From the NCBI GenBank assembly GCA_963798485.1, contig CAWCTR010000014.1:192001-256000 (forward strand): a DNA stretch of 64,000 nucleotides. The letters are read 5' to 3'. Both the position numbers and the translations under genes were made by a program. The notes beneath the pieces were generated by a model. The model had not been told where the DNA came from and did not search any database. It worked only from the letters and a program-made list of their open reading frames with translations. Origin of the DNA: an uncultured delta proteobacterium. Lineage in GTDB: Bacteria > Desulfobacterota > Desulfomonilia > UBA1062. Every line of letters starts with the position of its first letter. Within the stretch, counting starts at the first letter, position 1. Positions 28,537 through 39,351 of this stretch are shown one piece after another.

Positions 28537-30075
28537 CTAGATGTTCATCTGGATCAAGTGGGGTCCGTCCTCATCAAGTGCCTTTGAAAGCCTTTCTGCC
28601 AGCCCCTCGGCTGTGTTCACCGCAACAGAGGCCACGCCCATGGCCTTGCCGAGACAGACCCAGTCTATGCCTGCAAGGTCAGTCAGCCTTGAGGCTGCCG
28701 GGCCTAATGTGTGAATCCCAAAGCGTGCAAGCTCATATTTCAGGATGTCGTAGCTCCTGTTTGAGAAGATGAGCGTGGTTACATTCAGATGCTCTCGAGC
28801 CTGCGTCCAGAGCGCCTGCATGGTGTACATCGCTGATCCGTCCGCTTGTATATTGATTACCGGTCTGTCAGGGCAGGCTATGGCCGCCCCTACTGCGCAG
28901 GCAGGCCCCTGTCCCAATGATCCCCCGGTCAGCGTGAGCAAAGAGAAAGGCGGCACTGAAGCTGTGAGGGGGTAATACCAGATGCTGTTCGTAATAGACT
29001 CATCAACCACAATGGCGTGCTCGGGTTGGAGGGCTGCCAGCACCGCGCAGGCCTTATCACCGCTCAGGGTGCCTGTCGGCATGGAAGGCTTTATCGGTTG
29101 GGTTAGAATATTCTTTGATGGAGTCGCAGGCGCCCCAAGGACATCGGCAAGACAAACCAGGGACTTGGTGGCATCTTTGTGTGGGTCCACGATGTGCAGC
29201 CTCTTCTGGCCTACTTTAAGAAGATGGCCCGGCACACCATCATACCCAAAAAAGGCAACAGGTTCATCAGCACCTGCAAATATGAATGCCTCATACTGGC
29301 CAAGAACGTCCATGGCCGTTTCCGGCAGATAGGGTATCCGGGTCACATCAGGCAGCCCTGCGCCCCTTTCCATCCTGGCAGGAAAGCCTTCACAGAAGAG
29401 ATCACATCCCATACTCCCCTTGATGCGTGCGGCAGCGATGAGCCCTTCCCTCCTGAGTGCTTTTCCGCCGAGCACAAGGGCTGTCTTTTTATATACGTGT
29501 AGAAACCCGGCAGAATCTTCGATCCTTGCCTGATCGACAGTATGGAGTCCCTGAGCGCCCAGCTCGATTACTTTCTCATGGGTTTCCTTCATCTGGAGGT
29601 CATATGGTATGATCAAAACTGCGCCGTGGCCTTCATATGCCGCGGAGATCGCATCTGCCATGTCCTTCCCCAGACCATCTGTTGAACAACAGGTGCGCTG
29701 CCAGCCGGCCGTTGCTGATGCAATAGCTTCTATGTCCATGGCAAGGGGTGGGTCGAACGGGAGGTGCCAGGTTGAATGCTGACCTACAACAGTCAGAATA
29801 GGGGTATGGGCCCTGCGGGCATTGTGAAGATTGGATGTCCCGTTGGCGAGTCCGGGACCCAGGTGGAGCACTACCATGGCCGTTTTATCAAGCATCCTGG
29901 CATAGCCGTCTGCCGCACCTGTACACACGCCTTCATACAGACATAGGACTGGCCGGACTCCACCCACATTATCAAGGGCAGCAACAAGTGGTATCTCGGT
30001 AGTACCCGGGTTGGCAAAGCATACGCTAATCCCGTTCGCCTTTGCTGTTGATAGAATCAGTTCTGCTCCGTTCAT
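28537..30075 (-). CDS. ThDP-dependent enzyme (acetolactate synthase large subunit-like)
   Basis: CFANPGTTE, TGAADGYAR, LHLGPG, ADGSAMYT.QALWT...N. Confidence 0.9.
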   Translation of the reverse strand: MNGAELILSTAKANGISVCFANPGTTEIPLVAALDNVGGVRPVLCLYEGVCTGAADGYARMLDKTAMVVLHLGPGLANGTSNLHNARRAHTPILTVVGQHSTWHLPFDPPLAMDIEAIASATAGWQRTCCSTDGLGKDMADAISAAYEGHGAVLIIPYDLQMKETHEKVIELGAQGLHTVDQARIEDSAGFLHVYKKTALVLGGKALRREGLIAAARIKGSMGCDLFCEGFPARMERGAGLPDVTRIPYLPETAMDVLGQYEAFIFAGADEPVAFFGYDGVPGHLLKVGQKRLHIVDPHKDATKSLVCLADVLGAPATPSKNILTQPIKPSMPTGTLSGDKACAVLAALQPEHAIVVDESITNSIWYYPLTASVPPFSLLTLTGGSLGQGPACAVGAAIACPDRPVINIQADGSAMYTMQALWTQAREHLNVTTLIFSNRSYDILKYELARFGIHTLGPAASRLTDLAGIDWVCLGKAMGVASVAVNTAEGLAERLSKALDEDGPHLIQMNI

Positions 30076-30192
30076 GGTATCCTCATTATTATATAATTAT
30101 TTTAAAAAAGGCCAACCCTTTGCTTGAGAACCCAATGCAGGTATAATGTACAGGATTAACTCATAAACGCTTGCACCAGTACGGGGAGGAAT

Positions 30193-31383
30193 TTGACGAT
30201 GATATCACAGGCATCTATCGACGAGATGGCATCGTCCCTTTCCCACGAGGTAATCCGGCTTCGAAGGGATTTCCATCAGCACCCGGAACTTGGTTTTGAG
30301 GAAAAAAGGACCTCATATGTCATTGCGGAATATCTCAAGGGGCTTGGCCTAGAGGTGAGGACAGGTATTGCCGGTACCGGGGTTGTCGGGTTGCTCCATG
30401 GCGCCTCGCCGGGCAAGACCGTTATGTTAAGGGCTGATATGGATGCATTGCCTATTCTGGAATTGAATGAGACCGACTATCGTTCTGTCACCCCGGGGGT
30501 GATGCATGCGTGCGGGCATGACGGTCACATGGCAATCCTTCTGGGTACTGCCAAGCTCTTAAGCAGTTTTCGTGACTCCTTCAAAGGCCAGGTCAAGTTC
30601 GTGTTCCAGCCTGCAGAGGAAAATCTCGGCGGCGCAAAACTCATGATCGAAGAAGGTGTGTTGAGGAACCCGGATGTGGATGCAGCCTTCGGCCTGCACC
30701 TCATAAGCCCCTTGCCCTATGGTTATATTGGCTGCTGTAAAGGTGCCTTCATGGCATCCATAGACATCTTCACGATCAGGTTGCTCGGTCGTGCCGGCCA
30801 TTCGGCCATGCCTGGCGGCTCGGTGGATGCCATCGGCATGGGTGCCGAGGTTGTTTTGAATCTTCAGGATTACATTAAAAAGTCCTTGCCGGATGGATGC
30901 CAATTCATCATCAATATCGGCACCTTCCATGGAGGCACTGCCCCCAACATCGTTACCGACATGGTGGAGCTCACCGGCACGGTGAGGGTCCTGGACGAAA
31001 ACATCCGATCATCCATCAGGGGCATCATGGAGGTGTACCTCCGGGAAACAACAGCATCAAAAGGTGGAGCCTTTGAGCTGGACTATCCCCAGGGATATCC
31101 TGTTACCGTAAATGACGAGGACATGACAGACCTGGTCATGAGGATAGCAGCCGGCGTGACCGATAAATCAAACGTCATCCAGATGCCGCCATCCATGGCG
31201 AGCGAGGACATGTCGTTTTATCTAAAAGAGGTCTCCGGGTGCTTCTTTTTTTTAGGCGCTGGTAGCACAGACCCTGCACTGAACCAGCCGCATCACAACC
31301 CACATTTTTCCATTGACGAGCGCGCCCTTGAGGTGGGCTTAAAGATATTGGCTGCAATTGCCATTGATTATCTTGCGAATTGA
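30193..31383 (+). CDS. M20D amidohydrolase
   Basis: HQHPELGFEE, RADMDALP, MHACGHDGH, FQPAEE, SEDM. Confidence 0.92.
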   Translation: MTMISQASIDEMASSLSHEVIRLRRDFHQHPELGFEEKRTSYVIAEYLKGLGLEVRTGIAGTGVVGLLHGASPGKTVMLRADMDALPILELNETDYRSVTPGVMHACGHDGHMAILLGTAKLLSSFRDSFKGQVKFVFQPAEENLGGAKLMIEEGVLRNPDVDAAFGLHLISPLPYGYIGCCKGAFMASIDIFTIRLLGRAGHSAMPGGSVDAIGMGAEVVLNLQDYIKKSLPDGCQFIINIGTFHGGTAPNIVTDMVELTGTVRVLDENIRSSIRGIMEVYLRETTASKGGAFELDYPQGYPVTVNDEDMTDLVMRIAAGVTDKSNVIQMPPSMASEDMSFYLKEVSGCFFFLGAGSTDPALNQPHHNPHFSIDERALEVGLKILAAIAIDYLAN

Positions 31384-31398
31384 TGTTTATCAAGATCT

Positions 31399-32151
31399 AT
31401 GAATAAATGCGAACATTATTTTCTTGATATTATTAAAATCTTTTGGATAAGTTTCTGGGCTGCCTTTGCAACCCTCATTGTGTTCTTTCCCGTAACCATT
31501 GCATCCATGCTGAGCAAATCAGGCAACCTTGCATTCACCATCTCTAAGGTCTGGGCGCACATCATGCTGAAGGCCACCTATGTACACCCCGTAATCAGGG
31601 GCAGGGAGAAGATCATCAAGGGAAAGTCATACATTATTATCAGCAATCACCAATCAGAATACGATATCCTGGCCATTGTTACCACACTTGGCATACAGTT
31701 CCGCTGGATCATCAAGAAGGAGCTCCTTAAGGTACCTCTATTCGGCTATGCCCTGTATAAATCACGCAACATCTTCATAGACAGAGGGCAAGGAGAAGCG
31801 GCGATGAAGAGCATCCGGGAAGGCTTGGATCGTCTGCCCGAGGGGGTCAGTTTGATGTTCTTTGCCGAGGGCACGCGCTCGGATGACGGCACCATCCAAC
31901 CCTTCAAGAAGGGTGGGTTCGTTATGGCCGTGGAAAAGGGCATCCCTGTCCTGCCTGTAACGGTCAATGGCAGCCGTAAGGTTTTGCCAAAGAAAAGCCT
32001 TGTCTTTCACCCCGGCCCTATTGAGGTGGTGATCTCCGATCCTATTGAGACAAAAGGTTGTAGTATTGAAAACCTTCAGGATCTTGTGGAAAAGACGAGA
32101 GAGGTTATCATCTCGAATTTCAAACCGAATTTTCCCGAAGAAGCACGCTGA
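31399..32151 (+). CDS. plsC: 1-acyl-sn-glycerol-3-phosphate acyltransferase
   Basis: NHQSEYD, FIDR, FAEGTRS, FKKG. Confidence 0.88.
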   Translation: MNKCEHYFLDIIKIFWISFWAAFATLIVFFPVTIASMLSKSGNLAFTISKVWAHIMLKATYVHPVIRGREKIIKGKSYIIISNHQSEYDILAIVTTLGIQFRWIIKKELLKVPLFGYALYKSRNIFIDRGQGEAAMKSIREGLDRLPEGVSLMFFAEGTRSDDGTIQPFKKGGFVMAVEKGIPVLPVTVNGSRKVLPKKSLVFHPGPIEVVISDPIETKGCSIENLQDLVEKTREVIISNFKPNFPEEAR

Positions 32152-32306
32152 TCTAAAGATTATTCAAGGGTTTCGTCTGAGATCCCTCGCTATCAAAAAT
32201 TGTATGTAACCTGATGAATTTTCTGGTAGAGGGTAGTCATGGCGCTTGAGATCAACCCTTTAGAGGCCCGGTATGGTGCCCGGGTAAACGGGATAGAGAG
32301 ACGCAT

Positions 32307-35300
32307 ATGAATAGGGCACTGAAAATTCTGCTTATTGCTGCATGTACTGTGGCTACCCTTATGGTATGCCTTTTTGGTGCAGCTTATCTATACCTCCTCA
32401 CTGACCCGGGGAAGAACTTCTTGTTACACACGATAAACACCCTCTATCCAGGCAAGATATCCGGTACGAAAATCGAACTCTCCTTGCTTACCCAGGAGGT
32501 TGCGCTTGAAAATGCCATATTGTGCGGGCCTGACGGAAAGCAGGTCCTCAAGGCGAACCACGTGTACCTCAGGATGAACCTTCCCGCACTCCTCAGGTAT
32601 AAGCTCATATTTGAGACTATTGACATAAAAAGGCCCGTGTTCGTCCTTGAACTTGATAAGGACGGCCGGCTCAATATCGAGAGCGCCTTTGTGGGAAAAA
32701 CACCGGGCAATAGCCCGTTCAACGTGTATATCAACTCGCTCAACTGCGAGGGGGGGACATTTTCATACATCGGCCACGACAATAAGCCCATTATAAAGCT
32801 CGAGAACTTTGATCTTCTCATGAACTCCGCATTTGAAACAGACACAACCCTGCACCTGTCCGTTCCAAAGGCCGATATGTCTCTCTTTGTTGCGGACAAA
32901 AAGATCAATCTCGGGGCCGGCAAGGCATCATTCACCCTCTTCAATGACCGTATCAGGGATATCCATGTTACAACTAAAAATGGCTCTTCAACGGCCACAC
33001 TGACGGGTTCAGTAACCGATATGGCAAAAAAGGCGCAGCTTCACTGTAATCTTAACCTGAACACCGACATTGCAGACATAAGGGATGCCCTTGGGTTTGG
33101 CCCTGACAACACCGGCAGGATCACCGGCAGCATAACGGCAATCCATGACTATGACAACCCTGTAGTAACCGTTTCCCTTGGGTATGCCGGGGGTGATCTC
33201 AAGGGATTGAAGATCAACAAGGCTTTTCTTGATTGCAGTATGACCGACAGGGTGGCCGATATCAAAGATCTCCATGCTGCATACGCATCCGGTGTAATAG
33301 ATATCACAGGCATTGCGGATTTAAGAAAGGCCTTTTCTGAAGGCTATTTTGAAGGGATCAAGGAAGAAGATGCCATTACCTATGACCTCTCCATTACCGG
33401 TACCAGCCTTTTAATCTCGGATCTCCCCGGCATGCCCAAGGGATTAAGGGGGAAGCTGAGTCCAAGAATTGTCCTGAAGGGCTCCGGGGTCTCTGCGAAC
33501 TCTGTGCATCTTGATGCCCAATTTGCCGCACTTGTCCAGGGCATCACATCAGGCTCGTTCATGAAAGGTGATGAAGTCACCCTGGCAGGCAGGGTATCCT
33601 ACCGGAAGGATATGCTCAATATCAAGAGCCTCACTGCCCGGAACCGGGGCATATCAGCAACCTCTGAAGGAAATATCAACCTTGTCACCCGTGAATTAGA
33701 TGGAACAATTACCCTGGATGCATCACAGATTGGTGATTTGCTGAAAGGGTCAGGCATTGATGCAACCGGCGCGTTGAAGGCATCGTCACGCATCTCCGGG
33801 ACCTTGAAAAAGCCCCTTGCCGATATAACCGTGCATGTTGAAGGGACGAACATCAATGATATCACCCTTGGCACCATTGATCTGAAGGCCCTCCTGGGTC
33901 ACGATGGGAGGCTTGATGTCGGTTCCTGTTCCATAACCAACCGCACCTCAGCTATCCAGCTTAAGGGAAGCATCCAGGTCTTCAGTCAATTCCCCGCCAT
34001 GGTTTCCAACCCGGATATACTCATTGATTCGGACCTGCGCTCAGTAAACCCTTCGGATTTTTTCAAAAAGCTCCCGCTTTCAGGCATGGTAAATGGTCAT
34101 GTAAGCGCCAAAGGCCCTTTAAGCGACATTTCAGCAGACATGCGTCTGGACGGCAAGGAACTCTCCACATCGGATATACCACTTGGAGATGCCGTACTCA
34201 CCGGTTCCCTTTCACAAGGACTGCTCACTATATCACGCCTTGATTTTACCAATAAGCACTCGACAATGCTGATAACCGGCGATGCCGCTCTGTTCGACCC
34301 GGCACAGAAGCACCTGAACACGGACCCGGATATTCACCTCAAGGCCCAGGGTAACAACCTGCATGTTGAAGACTTCTTTGACAAGGCCACCGGCACATTC
34401 TCCATGAGTGCAATAATGGAAGGGTCCATGCTGCATCCCATCGGCGATATGGCGATTGCAGCAAAAAACCTCGACCTTGGCTTCCAGCGCTTCCAGAAGC
34501 TGGATATAAAGATTCAGGCAGACGGCGGCCGATTCTGGATAGACCCGGCAATACTGACCCTTTCAGGGGGTGAAAATCTGAATGCCACCGGTTGGCTCTC
34601 CACAGATGGGAAATATTCCTTTTCGCTCGGCACCCAGGGTTTAAGCCTGGAGAATCTCGACTTCATCAAAGGGCATGAGTCGGTGAAGGGAAAAATCTTT
34701 CTGAATGCCTCAGGTGAGGGGAACTTAAGCAACCCGACCCTAGCCGGGAGGATTGCTGCTACCAATATCATATTCGATGACAAACCTTTGGATGATCTGA
34801 CCTTCTCTTTTGAACTCAAGGACAATAAGGTGAGCATGCAGGGCAACTGGAACTTCTCTCTAAAGGCAGTGCATGACCTTTCCTCGGGCGATTTTTCCAC
34901 AACAGTCATTTTTGCCGAAACCGAGCTCGCCCCCTATTTCGTTATTACCGGCAGACCTACCTTCTCGGGAAGGCTTACCGGAAGGATAGATGCCCAGGGG
35001 AATTCAAGGTCACTTAAAAGTATTGATCTCATCGCCGACATTTCCACATTGGATATCCTTCAAAATAATAAAATGCTTATAATGGGCCGCACTATAAACG
35101 GATCATACAAACATGGTCTCCTCTCAATACCGCAAACAAGGTTCACCTTCGGGGATAAAGGCTGGTTCGACCTTAAGGGCTCCGGAGATAGCGTAAAGTC
35201 ATTGACCCTTGACGCCGAAGGGGTCATACCTGCTGAAGTCTTCGGTATGTTTGATGAAGATCTTTCAGACATATCGGGACTTATCCATGTGTCGTCCAAG

Positions 35301-36503
35301 ATCACCTCCCATGACAATAAACCTGAAGTCTCAGGGCTGCTCACCCTGGAGGATATCGCCTATACCATACCCATAAACGGACAGCGTTTGTACGCTATGA
35401 ATGGAAAGATCAGTATCCAGGATGACAAAATCTTCATCGAAGACCTAACCGGCAGGATCGATACAGGCTCTTTCAAGATGGAAGGTACTATAACTCGTCA
35501 AGGGTTTACACCAAGCTCAGTCGATCTGAAGACCCAGTTCACGGCATTGCCGATTTCGATCCCTGATATGATGGACTTCACCGTAGATGCCGAGGCCTCT
35601 CTTAATGCCTCTTCCGACCACTCCCAGCTCAAGTCCGATGTGATCATCCTTGATGGGACATATTATAAGGATGTACAAGTGAACCTACTGACCGGTGTTA
35701 TTGAACGCGTTCTACCAATACCCAAGCAGGGTAAGGAGCAGTTCATACCAACCCCGTTGCCCTTTATGAAGAATATGAACCTCGAAATCAACATCAAGCG
35801 CAGGGGTGATGTGAAGGTGGGAAACAATGTTGCAGATCTCTCTCTCAACCCGGATCTGAAGATTATCGGCACCCTGGTCAATCCTGTCCTGACCGGCAGG
35901 ATAGCAGTTACCGACGGCACCGTGAACTTTCAGAACAATGATTTCACGGTCTCACGCGGGGTCATTGATTTCCTCAACCCATACAAAACCCAGCCCACTG
36001 TGGACATTAAGGGCGAGGCCAAGGTCAGGGACTGGACTATTGACCTTGCTATTGAGGGACCGCTTGACAATATACAGTTCAATCTAACCTCGACACCCGC
36101 AGAGGAGCCTCCGGATATACTTTCCCTCCTGATCGTCGGGAAGACATCGCGTGAACTCACACAGAGCCAGACCGGGTTAACGGTTTCTCCGACAGCCATG
36201 GCCGCTGAGCTTCTAAACTCCACCTATGGCAGGCAGGTCAAGAAGGCCGCATCCCTTGACATCCTAGAGCTGAAGGCATCCGAATTCTCTACTTCGGATA
36301 AGGGAGAAAACCTCAAGCTGACCCTCGGCAAAGAGTTGTCCAGGAGGATGATCCTGGAATACCAGGTGGAAACCAGCAATACACAGACCGTTCAGAGGGG
36401 CATAGCTGAGTATAAGATCCTTGAGAATCTCATTGTTAACGGCTATCAGGGCACTGATGGAGTCTATGGTACGGATATCGAACTCAAATACGAGTTCCGC
36501 TGA
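32307..36503 (+). CDS. tamB: Translocation/assembly module TamB-like protein
   Basis: N-terminal TM anchor, long beta-rich body, C-terminal DUF490-like region; adjacent Omp85 gene. Confidence 0.8.
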   Translation: MNRALKILLIAACTVATLMVCLFGAAYLYLLTDPGKNFLLHTINTLYPGKISGTKIELSLLTQEVALENAILCGPDGKQVLKANHVYLRMNLPALLRYKLIFETIDIKRPVFVLELDKDGRLNIESAFVGKTPGNSPFNVYINSLNCEGGTFSYIGHDNKPIIKLENFDLLMNSAFETDTTLHLSVPKADMSLFVADKKINLGAGKASFTLFNDRIRDIHVTTKNGSSTATLTGSVTDMAKKAQLHCNLNLNTDIADIRDALGFGPDNTGRITGSITAIHDYDNPVVTVSLGYAGGDLKGLKINKAFLDCSMTDRVADIKDLHAAYASGVIDITGIADLRKAFSEGYFEGIKEEDAITYDLSITGTSLLISDLPGMPKGLRGKLSPRIVLKGSGVSANSVHLDAQFAALVQGITSGSFMKGDEVTLAGRVSYRKDMLNIKSLTARNRGISATSEGNINLVTRELDGTITLDASQIGDLLKGSGIDATGALKASSRISGTLKKPLADITVHVEGTNINDITLGTIDLKALLGHDGRLDVGSCSITNRTSAIQLKGSIQVFSQFPAMVSNPDILIDSDLRSVNPSDFFKKLPLSGMVNGHVSAKGPLSDISADMRLDGKELSTSDIPLGDAVLTGSLSQGLLTISRLDFTNKHSTMLITGDAALFDPAQKHLNTDPDIHLKAQGNNLHVEDFFDKATGTFSMSAIMEGSMLHPIGDMAIAAKNLDLGFQRFQKLDIKIQADGGRFWIDPAILTLSGGENLNATGWLSTDGKYSFSLGTQGLSLENLDFIKGHESVKGKIFLNASGEGNLSNPTLAGRIAATNIIFDDKPLDDLTFSFELKDNKVSMQGNWNFSLKAVHDLSSGDFSTTVIFAETELAPYFVITGRPTFSGRLTGRIDAQGNSRSLKSIDLIADISTLDILQNNKMLIMGRTINGSYKHGLLSIPQTRFTFGDKGWFDLKGSGDSVKSLTLDAEGVIPAEVFGMFDEDLSDISGLIHVSSKITSHDNKPEVSGLLTLEDIAYTIPINGQRLYAMNGKISIQDDKIFIEDLTGRIDTGSFKMEGTITRQGFTPSSVDLKTQFTALPISIPDMMDFTVDAEASLNASSDHSQLKSDVIILDGTYYKDVQVNLLTGVIERVLPIPKQGKEQFIPTPLPFMKNMNLEINIKRRGDVKVGNNVADLSLNPDLKIIGTLVNPVLTGRIAVTDGTVNFQNNDFTVSRGVIDFLNPYKTQPTVDIKGEAKVRDWTIDLAIEGPLDNIQFNLTSTPAEEPPDILSLLIVGKTSRELTQSQTGLTVSPTAMAAELLNSTYGRQVKKAASLDILELKASEFSTSDKGENLKLTLGKELSRRMILEYQVETSNTQTVQRGIAEYKILENLIVNGYQGTDGVYGTDIELKYEFR

Positions 36504-36507
36504 AAAT

Positions 36508-39333
36508 ATGCGCCCTGAAGCAAAACATCTCACTCTGTTACTATTCCTCATGCTCCTCTTGGCTACGCCCTGCCAGGGTCAGGAAGGTTCAAGCCAGGGT
36601 ATGCATATACCCAGTGAATATGCTGCCTTCGATGGCATGATTGTTAAGCTTATTCATATAGAGCTTATAGAATGCCCTTGGTGCACCAACACAATCGAAA
36701 ACCTGGCACGGGATCTTATCAATCTGCGTGTTGGAGAACCGTTTTCTAAGAAGCAGTATCAGCAGTCAATCGATGCCCTCATGCTCTCTAAGAGATTCGG
36801 AGCGGTGATCCCTGAAATAGAACGGGTTGAAGAAGGCATCAAAGTCACCTTCCTTCTCACTCCCTACAGAGAGATCAAGGACATTCAGATTCACGGTGAG
36901 TACCCTCTGTTCAAAAGCGATGTCTTAAAGTCCATGAACGTTTATCCTGGTGATGCACTGCTGCCTGATTCACCCGCAGTACTAGAGAAACTTATTGGTG
37001 ACCTGTATATAAAAGAAGGCTACAGAAACCCCCATATTTCCGTAACAGCAGGAAAAGACTTAAAAGGCGGGTTGGTAATCCTCGATGTGAGTATTAGACC
37101 CGGCCCATATTATTTTCTCGATTCCCTGAAGATAAGAGGAAACCATGCAATCATCTATGCCGAAATCAAGTCCCGCATGAACTCTTGGCGATCATCGTTT
37201 TTCATCAGGGAATCGGGCCGTTTCATAGAGAAGGAATTCACCCAGGATATAAAAGACCTCTTAGTCCTCTACTGGCAGCGGGGATACCCTGAATGCGAGA
37301 TACAAGAATCCGTCAATAAAAATGAGGCGACCGGCGAGGTGAAGGCCGAAGTTAACATTACGGAAGGGCCTTACTATGAACTATCCTTCTCCGGGAACAA
37401 GTGGTTCAAGTCATATACACTCAAGGATGATATACCGATCTTCATAAAAGGAAATAGGCGAGACAAGGGCATAAAAAACGGTATCAAGGAGATTAAGGAA
37501 CGATATCGAAAAGATGGTTTCCTTTTCACCGAAATCGAAATCCTTGAGGAGAAGGTAACCATAAAGGATGAAAAGATACGAAAACTCAATCTTTTAATCA
37601 AGGAGGGCCCCAGGACTCTTGTAGAATCCATACATTTTTCCGGCAACAGTTACTTCAGCGAGGAAGAACTGATAAATAAAATTCAGACAGGCAAGGCACC
37701 CTTCTATTCTCGGAAAATCTTTAATCCTGATATTTTGGAAAAGGACCTGGCATCTATTCGCGAGCTGTACCTTACCCGTGGATACAATGAAGTATCCGTA
37801 TCTCATGAACTGACCTGGAATAAAGATAAAACGGGTGTTTCAGTTCTTGTTAAGATCACCGAGGGTGTAAAGACCGCTGTCTCGTCTGTCAGGATATTGG
37901 GCCTTAAGACAATTCCCGAAAAAAAGGCCTTTAGTATCCTGCAACTTAAAGAAGGCAAGCCCTTCAGAAGTGATGTCATAAAGTCTGATGAGACCGCCCT
38001 TTCAGGGTTTATCTCGGAAAATGGCTACCCGTACGTGAGCGTGAAGACGGAAGTTGTCATGTCTAAAGATAATACCGAGGCTGCCATTACGTACGCTGTT
38101 GATGAAGGTCAGCGCATGACCATGGGAAACATCTATTACCGGGGCAACTTCAAGACAAGGACGAGTGTCATCAAGAAGGAACTGGGTATTGAGCCCGGAC
38201 AGCCGTTCTCGCTTAAAACCATGCTTGAAGGACAAAAAAATATCCGGAATATGGAGGTCTTTGATTCGGTACAATTTAAGACCTTCGGGATCAAAGAGGA
38301 GAAAGACCGCGTCACGCTGCTCATTGATATGGAGGAGACCGAACCCTACTATGTCCAGGCCGCTACCGGCTATGCTTCTGACCGCGGGTTGTATGGGAAC
38401 ACGCGTGTCGGCGACCACAACATCTTCGGATTGAACAAGGACGCATGGATCGGCGGCGAGCTGAGCCAAATCGGCTACCAAGGCGGGCTCAGCATCACCC
38501 AGCAGAGGATCTTTGATACCCCCGTTACCAACACCAATGCACTCTCCTATGAGAAAAAGGCAGAGTTTAACCAGATCTTCGGGACCTCGGTCTGGACTTC
38601 GTCATGTAACTTTTTGCGGGTATACAAACCGCATATAACAACATCGCTTGGCTTCAGGTATGAATGGAGAGATCAATTTCTCAAGGATAGATCATTTACA
38701 ATTCCGCCGGGAGATGAAGATTCTTACGAGCCCCGTGGTTCACTGATAACCACCCCATTCATCTCCTATGACACCAGGGATTCCTTCGTAAGGCCCAAAG
38801 AGGGGTTTTATTCCTCTTATTCAGTGGATATATCAAAGGGTTATCAGAATTCCCTGGATAATTTCTTAAAACATTATCTGAATCTCCGTTACTACTACAG
38901 CCCATTCCAGAGGCTCACCCTGGCCTGGCTTGGTCGTTCAGGCTATATCTACACCTATGGGAAGAAAGGTCAGCTCCCGGTGGACCAGCTCTTCTATTTG
39001 GGCGGGACTATGGATGTGAGGGGATATAATGAGAACATGCTCAGGTATGATACCAGCGGAAACCCGGTAGGCGGCCGCCTGTCGCTTGTGGGAAGCATGG
39101 AGGCGCGTATAGAAGTTTCACATAATTGGGAGACAGCCCTCTTCTATGATACGGGTTCGGTCAGGAAGGCGCTCGTGGATGCAGGGTCTGATATCTTCAG
39201 GTCCTCTGTCGGTATCGGGCTCAGGTATGTCACCCCCATCGGCCCAATGGGATTGCTCTATGGCTACAAGATTCATCCCAAAGAAGGCGAGAGCCCGGGC
39301 AGATTCCTTTTCTCGTTGGGATATACATTTTAA
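36508..39333 (+). CDS. Omp85-family outer membrane protein (BamA/TamA-like, multiple POTRA domains)
   Basis: POTRA repeats, F.LGG..DVRGY, GLRY.TPIGP, C-terminal GYTF; start likely ATG 36508. Confidence 0.88.
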   Translation: MRPEAKHLTLLLFLMLLLATPCQGQEGSSQGMHIPSEYAAFDGMIVKLIHIELIECPWCTNTIENLARDLINLRVGEPFSKKQYQQSIDALMLSKRFGAVIPEIERVEEGIKVTFLLTPYREIKDIQIHGEYPLFKSDVLKSMNVYPGDALLPDSPAVLEKLIGDLYIKEGYRNPHISVTAGKDLKGGLVILDVSIRPGPYYFLDSLKIRGNHAIIYAEIKSRMNSWRSSFFIRESGRFIEKEFTQDIKDLLVLYWQRGYPECEIQESVNKNEATGEVKAEVNITEGPYYELSFSGNKWFKSYTLKDDIPIFIKGNRRDKGIKNGIKEIKERYRKDGFLFTEIEILEEKVTIKDEKIRKLNLLIKEGPRTLVESIHFSGNSYFSEEELINKIQTGKAPFYSRKIFNPDILEKDLASIRELYLTRGYNEVSVSHELTWNKDKTGVSVLVKITEGVKTAVSSVRILGLKTIPEKKAFSILQLKEGKPFRSDVIKSDETALSGFISENGYPYVSVKTEVVMSKDNTEAAITYAVDEGQRMTMGNIYYRGNFKTRTSVIKKELGIEPGQPFSLKTMLEGQKNIRNMEVFDSVQFKTFGIKEEKDRVTLLIDMEETEPYYVQAATGYASDRGLYGNTRVGDHNIFGLNKDAWIGGELSQIGYQGGLSITQQRIFDTPVTNTNALSYEKKAEFNQIFGTSVWTSSCNFLRVYKPHITTSLGFRYEWRDQFLKDRSFTIPPGDEDSYEPRGSLITTPFISYDTRDSFVRPKEGFYSSYSVDISKGYQNSLDNFLKHYLNLRYYYSPFQRLTLAWLGRSGYIYTYGKKGQLPVDQLFYLGGTMDVRGYNENMLRYDTSGNPVGGRLSLVGSMEARIEVSHNWETALFYDTGSVRKALVDAGSDIFRSSVGIGLRYVTPIGPMGLLYGYKIHPKEGESPGRFLFSLGYTF

Positions 39334-39351
39334 AAAGGGGTATGTTCAAAC